From assembly GCA_963779755.1 (NCBI GenBank), contig CAVZZO010000001.1, forward strand, positions 416,001 to 480,000: DNA of 64,000 nt, written 5' to 3'. The position numbers and the translations under genes were made by a program. The notes below the pieces were generated by a model that was not told where the DNA came from, ran no database searches, and saw nothing but the letters and a program-made list of their open reading frames with translations. The DNA is from an uncultured Gemmatimonadales bacterium. Its GTDB lineage: Bacteria; Gemmatimonadota; Gemmatimonadetes; Gemmatimonadales; GWC2-71-9. Positions within the stretch are counted from its first letter, which is position 1, and each line of letters opens with the position of its first letter. Below are positions 59,422 to 64,000 of the stretch, piece by piece.

Positions 59422-59550
59422 CTTCGACAAAGCCGAGAGCCGCCTTGTTCTCCGGCTGGCAATACGCCGTGATCCCGTCCCAATGCCGCTCGATCGATTC
59501 CGCGAACTTCTCGAAGGGCTTGAGCCGCTGCCACCGCAGCGCGCGACGCC
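59418..59550 (-). mobile_element. ISL3-family transposase fragment
   Basis: LRWQRLKPFEKFAESIERHWDGITAYCQPENKAALGFVEGL resembles the ISL3 C-terminal region preceding EGxNN; no IS ends seen. Confidence 0.7.
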
Positions 59551-59651
59551 TTTTAGGTTTCGACCATCTTGAATGTCTTTGGATTCCTTTGCGCTCTTCG
59601 CGGTGAATCGCGAAACACCCGGCGTCGTGGAGCCGTCGCATGCGGCAGGCC

Positions 59652-61898
59652 TCAGCGCACGCCGATCTTTTTCACCATCCGGGCGAAGCGTGGGTCCGAC
59701 CGCAGGGGCTGGTAGGCGGGATCGAGATGGAGATAGATCAGGCCGGCTGAGCGGGCATCGAGCGCGCGCTGGAGAAAGGTGAACGCCTTGTCGAAGTCGC
59801 CCAGCGCGGCGTAGCCCATCGCCAGCACCTCGCCCCGGAGGTATTCCGTTCGGGCCTGGGTTTCCAGCCGTTCCATGATGGCGCGGGCTTCCTCCTGCTC
59901 TCCCAGCGCGACCAGCGGGCGGACGATCATCGCATCGTAGGAACGGACCGCGGTGCTCAACGACTGCCCCTGGCGGAACGCCTTGAGCGATTCCTCGATG
60001 TGTCCCAGCGCCAGCTGCGCCGCCCCGATGTCGAGATGGGCCTGGAAGTAACTGGGCTCGATCTCGAGCGTCTTGCGCCCCTGCTCGATGGTGGCGTCGT
60101 ACCGCTCAGCATAGAGCAGGAAGCGGCCGAGCCAGCGGCTGAAATGGGCGGAGAGCGGGTCCAGCACCAACGCCTTTCGAAGCTCCTCGACTGCCTCCGG
60201 CAGGCGACCGACCGCGGGCAGGGTGCTGCCGTAGACGAAGTGGGCTTCGGCGTAATTGGGGTTGAACTCCACGGCCCGGGCCAGCGCCTGGCTGGCGCCG
60301 TCGAAGTCCCACTCGTACCAGCAGAGGACCTTGCCGATCGAGGTATGGGCCTCGCCCAGGGTGGGCTCCAGCTGGATGGCGCGCGCGGCCGCCGACTTGG
60401 CCCGGGGGTAGGCTTCGTCGGGCGGCACCCAGTCGTCCGCCAGATTGCTCCAGCAGTCCGCAATGCCCGAGTAGGCCCGGGCGTATCCCGGGTCCGCATC
60501 GAGCGCCTGTTCGAAAAGCGCCAGCGCCTTGCGAAGGTCGTGCTCCGCCAGCCGATTGACGAAGAAACGCCCTTTCAGGTAGATGGTGTACGCCTCGAGG
60601 TTCTCGGTGGTGGGTTTGACCAGCGGCTGCTCCGCCGCGCCCATCAAGCGGACCTTGAGGGCGTCCACGATGGCCCGGGAGATCTCGTCCTGAATGGCGA
60701 AGACGTCCTCCAGCTGGCGGTCGTAGGTTTCGGACCAGAGCTGGTAGCCGCTGGTGACGTTCACCAGCTGAGCGGTGATCCGGATCCGGTTGCCGATCTT
60801 CCGGACGCTCCCTTCCAGCAGGGACGACACGCCGAGGGTGTCGCCGATCTGCCGGATATCGACGGTCTTGTTCTTGAACGCGAACGACGAAGTGCGTGAC
60901 GCTACCAGAAGGTCGGGGATCTTGGCCAGGGCGTTGATGATCTCTTCAGTCATACCGTCGCTGAAGTATTCGTTCTCCGGGTCGGCGCTCATGTTGGCCA
61001 GCGGAAGCACGACGATCGATTTCTCCGGCGCGGCGGCGCGCGGCACACCGGGCGGGGTCTGTCCGGCGCGCTCCACCTGCAGCAGCGCGTCGGCGAACTC
61101 GGCGGCGGATGCGTAGCGGTCAACCGGTGTGCGGGCCAGTGAACGGGTCACGATCTGATCCAGCTGTTCCGGGACATCGCGCATCGCCCGGACGTGCGGG
61201 ACGGGCGAGATGAACCGCTTGGTGATGATCGCCTGGGCGGTGGGGCCGGTGAATGGCTGTTCGCCGGCCAGCATTTCGTAGAGCACGCAGCCCAGGCTGT
61301 ACAGGTCGGAGCGGCCGTCGACGCCGGCATCGGCCGACGCCTGCTCCGGGCTCATGTAGGCCGGCGTGCCGACCGCCAGACCGGTGTGCGTGATGGATCC
61401 GCCCTTGGAGGACATCGCCTTGCCGATGCCGAAGTCGGCGACGAGGGCCGCGTCCTCGTGCATCAGGATATTTTCGGGCTTGATGTCGCGGTGGACGATC
61501 CCCTGCCGGTGGGCGTAGTCGAGGGCGGACGCGACTTCCCGGACGATCCGCAGCGCGTCGGTAAGGGGGAGCATCCCCTGCCTGTCCATCCGTTCGCGGA
61601 GCGACTTGCCCGCCATGTTCGGCATGACGTAGAACAGGAGACCGTCCGATTCACCGGAGTCGAAGACGGGCAGGATATGCGGATGGGTGAGCCGCGCCGC
61701 CATCCGGATTTCGCGGTGGAAGCGTTCGGCGCCGAGCTCGGCGGATATTTCGGGGCGCAGCACCTTGAGCGCCACCATGCGGTCGTGGCGCAGATCGCGG
61801 GCGAGAAACACCACCGCCATCCCGCCTTCGCCCAGCGGGCTCTCGATGGTGTAGCGTCCCGCGAGGCCGCGCTCGAGGCGTTGCTGCAGGTTTTCCAT
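59652..61898 (-). CDS. Ser/Thr kinase - TolB-N - TPR without a TM helix (probably cytoplasmic)
   Basis: Full kinase motifs; short linker directly to SIVVLPLANMSADPENEYFSDGMTEEI; TPRs. Confidence 0.95.
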   Translation of the reverse strand: MENLQQRLERGLAGRYTIESPLGEGGMAVVFLARDLRHDRMVALKVLRPEISAELGAERFHREIRMAARLTHPHILPVFDSGESDGLLFYVMPNMAGKSLRERMDRQGMLPLTDALRIVREVASALDYAHRQGIVHRDIKPENILMHEDAALVADFGIGKAMSSKGGSITHTGLAVGTPAYMSPEQASADAGVDGRSDLYSLGCVLYEMLAGEQPFTGPTAQAIITKRFISPVPHVRAMRDVPEQLDQIVTRSLARTPVDRYASAAEFADALLQVERAGQTPPGVPRAAAPEKSIVVLPLANMSADPENEYFSDGMTEEIINALAKIPDLLVASRTSSFAFKNKTVDIRQIGDTLGVSSLLEGSVRKIGNRIRITAQLVNVTSGYQLWSETYDRQLEDVFAIQDEISRAIVDALKVRLMGAAEQPLVKPTTENLEAYTIYLKGRFFVNRLAEHDLRKALALFEQALDADPGYARAYSGIADCWSNLADDWVPPDEAYPRAKSAAARAIQLEPTLGEAHTSIGKVLCWYEWDFDGASQALARAVEFNPNYAEAHFVYGSTLPAVGRLPEAVEELRKALVLDPLSAHFSRWLGRFLLYAERYDATIEQGRKTLEIEPSYFQAHLDIGAAQLALGHIEESLKAFRQGQSLSTAVRSYDAMIVRPLVALGEQEEARAIMERLETQARTEYLRGEVLAMGYAALGDFDKAFTFLQRALDARSAGLIYLHLDPAYQPLRSDPRFARMVKKIGVR

Positions 61899-62097
61899 GA
61901 TGAGGCAAAGATGCCACCGGACTCAGGCGAGTGCCAGTGGGTCCGCAGATGCCGCAGATGACACAGGTCATTCCTGGAGCGAGAGAAGCAGCCGCCGCGG
62001 GACCCGGACTTTGCTGGAAAGGGGCCAGTGCCCCATCTTTGGAAATCCACAGACTATACAGGCTGCGGCGGCTGGCGCCGGCTTGCAAGGACAGCAC

Positions 62098-62153
62098 CTT
62101 GCCGTCTTGCCGTCTTGCCGTCTTGCCGTCTTGCCGTCTTGCCGTCTTGCCGT
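62098..62153. repeat. Octamer tandem repeat (CTTGCCGT)x7
   Basis: Seven exact units upstream of kinase ATG 62186. Confidence 0.95.
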
Positions 62154-62185
62154 CGTCCGACTGTCCGATCCCTGAGGTGTCGCCC

Positions 62186-64000
62186 ATGTCCGCTGTCCCG
62201 ACCAGTCTCCAGTCCGCCCTGGCCGACCGCTATCGCATCGAGCGGGAGCTGGGCGAAGGCGGCATGGCCACGGTCTACCTGGCCGAGGACCTGAAGCATG
62301 GCCGCAACGTGGCCATCAAGGTCCTGCGGCCGGAACTGTCGGCCATCATCGGGGCCGAGCGGTTCATCCGGGAGATCAAGACCATCGCGGCGCTCCAGCA
62401 TCCGCACATCCTGGGACTGATTGACTCGGGGGAGGTGCAGGGCACGGCGTACTACGTCATGCCCTTTGTGGAGGGCGAATCGCTGCGCGACCGGCTGATG
62501 CGGGAGAAGCAGCTGCCGGTGGCCGATGCGGTGCGGATCGCGACGGAAGTGGCAGGGGCGCTGGACTACGCCCACCGGCATGGGGTGATCCACCGCGACA
62601 TCAAGCCCGAGAACGTGATGCTGCACGATGGCTCGGCGCTGGTGGCGGATTTCGGGATCGCGCTGGCGGTGAGCAGCGCCGGCGGCACCCGGATGACGGA
62701 GACGGGGATGAGCCTGGGGACGCCGCATTACATGAGCCCCGAGCAGGCGATGGGGGAGCGGGAGATCACGGCCCGGAGCGACGTCTACGCGCTGGGGGCG
62801 ATGACCTACGAGATGCTGGTGGGGGACCCGCCGTTCACCGGAAGCACGGCGCAGGCGATCGTGGCCAAGGTGGTGACGGAGACGCCGCGGCCCATGCTGC
62901 CGCAGCGGCATACGATTCCGCCGCACGTGGAGGCGGCGGTGCTGACGGCGCTGGAGAAGCTGCCGGCCGACCGCTTCGCCAGCGCGGCGGAATTCAGCGA
63001 TGCGCTGAACCGGCCGGAGCGGGCACCTGCCACGACTAGAGCAATTCCGGCCGGCAGCCTTGCAGCTCCCACCGGGCGCTCGCGCCTGCGGGACCCGCTG
63101 TTCATCGGGGTGGCGGCGATCGCGGTGCTGGCGCTCGGTGGTGTGGCGATGCTGCTGCGGCCCCGGCCGGCCCCCCTGGTGGTCCCACCCATCAAGTACG
63201 TGCTCACTACCACCGACAGCACCAGGCCGGTTCGCAGCTACCCATGGCCCGCCGCCACCTCGCCCGACGGCGGCACCGTGGTCTACAGCGTCTCTCCCGT
63301 CAACTCCGGCGGCGCCTCCCTTACGACCCGGCTGTACTTCATGCGCACCAACCAGCTGGAGGCGCGTGAGATTCCCGGGACCATCGGGGCGGCCCAGCCG
63401 TACTTCTCGCCCGACGGGCAGTGGGTGGGGTTCGAAGTGCAGGGCAAGGAGCGCAAGGTCAGGCTCGACGGCAGCGCCCCGGTGACGATCGCGGATGCCG
63501 GCGCCTACAACGGTGCCGACTGGACCGTCAACAACGAGATTCTGCTGGGAACATGGGGGCCATATGCCGGGCTATCCCGGGTGAGTGCTGCCGGCGGAAC
63601 GCCGGCCGCCCTGACGCAGGTGGACACCACCAAGGGAGAGCGGAATCATCTCTGGCCGCTCAGTACCCCGGACGGCAGCTACGCGGTCTTTACCGTCTGG
63701 TTCGGTGGCCTCGCCTCGGCCCAGCTGGCGGTCGCCTCCCTCAAGGACGGAGCGGTCACCCGGCTTGGCATCAAGGCAATCCGGCCCCTGGCAATCCTCG
63801 ACGGGTGGCTGGTGTACCTCAAGGCCGACGGCGCCGTCATGTCGGTCCGGCTGGACGCCGGAGCCGGAACGGTGGTCGGATCCCCGATTCCGGTGCACGA
63901 CCCCGTTCCGGTTGTGCCCGGTCTGAACGGGAATTCCGAGATCTACATTTCCCGCGGTGGCGCGCTGATAACCTCGATCGGGAGCGCCACCGGCAGGATC
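62186..64000 (+). CDS. Ser/Thr kinase - TM - propeller (3' end outside window)
   Basis: Manual translation MSAVPTSLQSALADRYRIERELGEGG...HRDIKPEN...DFG...; TM DPLFIGVAAIAVLALGGVAMLL; open to the edge. Confidence 0.94.
   Translation, partial: MSAVPTSLQSALADRYRIERELGEGGMATVYLAEDLKHGRNVAIKVLRPELSAIIGAERFIREIKTIAALQHPHILGLIDSGEVQGTAYYVMPFVEGESLRDRLMREKQLPVADAVRIATEVAGALDYAHRHGVIHRDIKPENVMLHDGSALVADFGIALAVSSAGGTRMTETGMSLGTPHYMSPEQAMGEREITARSDVYALGAMTYEMLVGDPPFTGSTAQAIVAKVVTETPRPMLPQRHTIPPHVEAAVLTALEKLPADRFASAAEFSDALNRPERAPATTRAIPAGSLAAPTGRSRLRDPLFIGVAAIAVLALGGVAMLLRPRPAPLVVPPIKYVLTTTDSTRPVRSYPWPAATSPDGGTVVYSVSPVNSGGASLTTRLYFMRTNQLEAREIPGTIGAAQPYFSPDGQWVGFEVQGKERKVRLDGSAPVTIADAGAYNGADWTVNNEILLGTWGPYAGLSRVSAAGGTPAALTQVDTTKGERNHLWPLSTPDGSYAVFTVWFGGLASAQLAVASLKDGAVTRLGIKAIRPLAILDGWLVYLKADGAVMSVRLDAGAGTVVGSPIPVHDPVPVVPGLNGNSEIYISRGGALITSIGSATGRI

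Noticed and set aside
786..61961. Many long antisense or alternative-frame ORFs (e.g. 786-2432, 2769-4613, 8671-10731, 29767-32019, 32115-34439, 50498-53344)
   Set aside because: Shadow ORFs expected in high-GC coding DNA; no motifs, and they mirror well-supported genes.

Overview
High-GC bacterial DNA; the kinase type and density suggest Gemmatimonadota, which is inference only. The window is dominated by Hanks-type Ser/Thr protein kinases. There are 16 genes with a complete kinase domain: two run off the window edges and one is frameshifted. Ten of them form a head-to-tail array at 26771-53491 in which every stop overlaps the next start. Each joins a highly conserved N-terminal kinase to a transmembrane helix and a divergent C-terminal module (PD40/WD40 propeller, TolB-N+TPR, or FGE-sulfatase+alpha/beta-hydrolase). 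The region shows signs of turnover: head-to-tail deletion scars of lost kinase genes, perfectly identical DNA tracts between neighbouring paralogs, and short repeat or palindromic elements inserted in frame at one kinase loop. Also present are a small defence islet (AbiE-like toxin-antitoxin pair with a 32-bp palindromic operator, and a collapsed type III R-M locus), a penicillin acylase, a tricorn protease, a peroxiredoxin, a permease, a cytochrome c-PQQ dehydrogenase, a histidine kinase with a receiver-thioredoxin reductase partner, and a GH43. An AraC/multicopper oxidase unit contains a 23-aa, 7-Cys metallothionein-like peptide that the ORF track does not call at its likely start. I saw no rRNA, tRNA, CRISPR array or intact mobile element.
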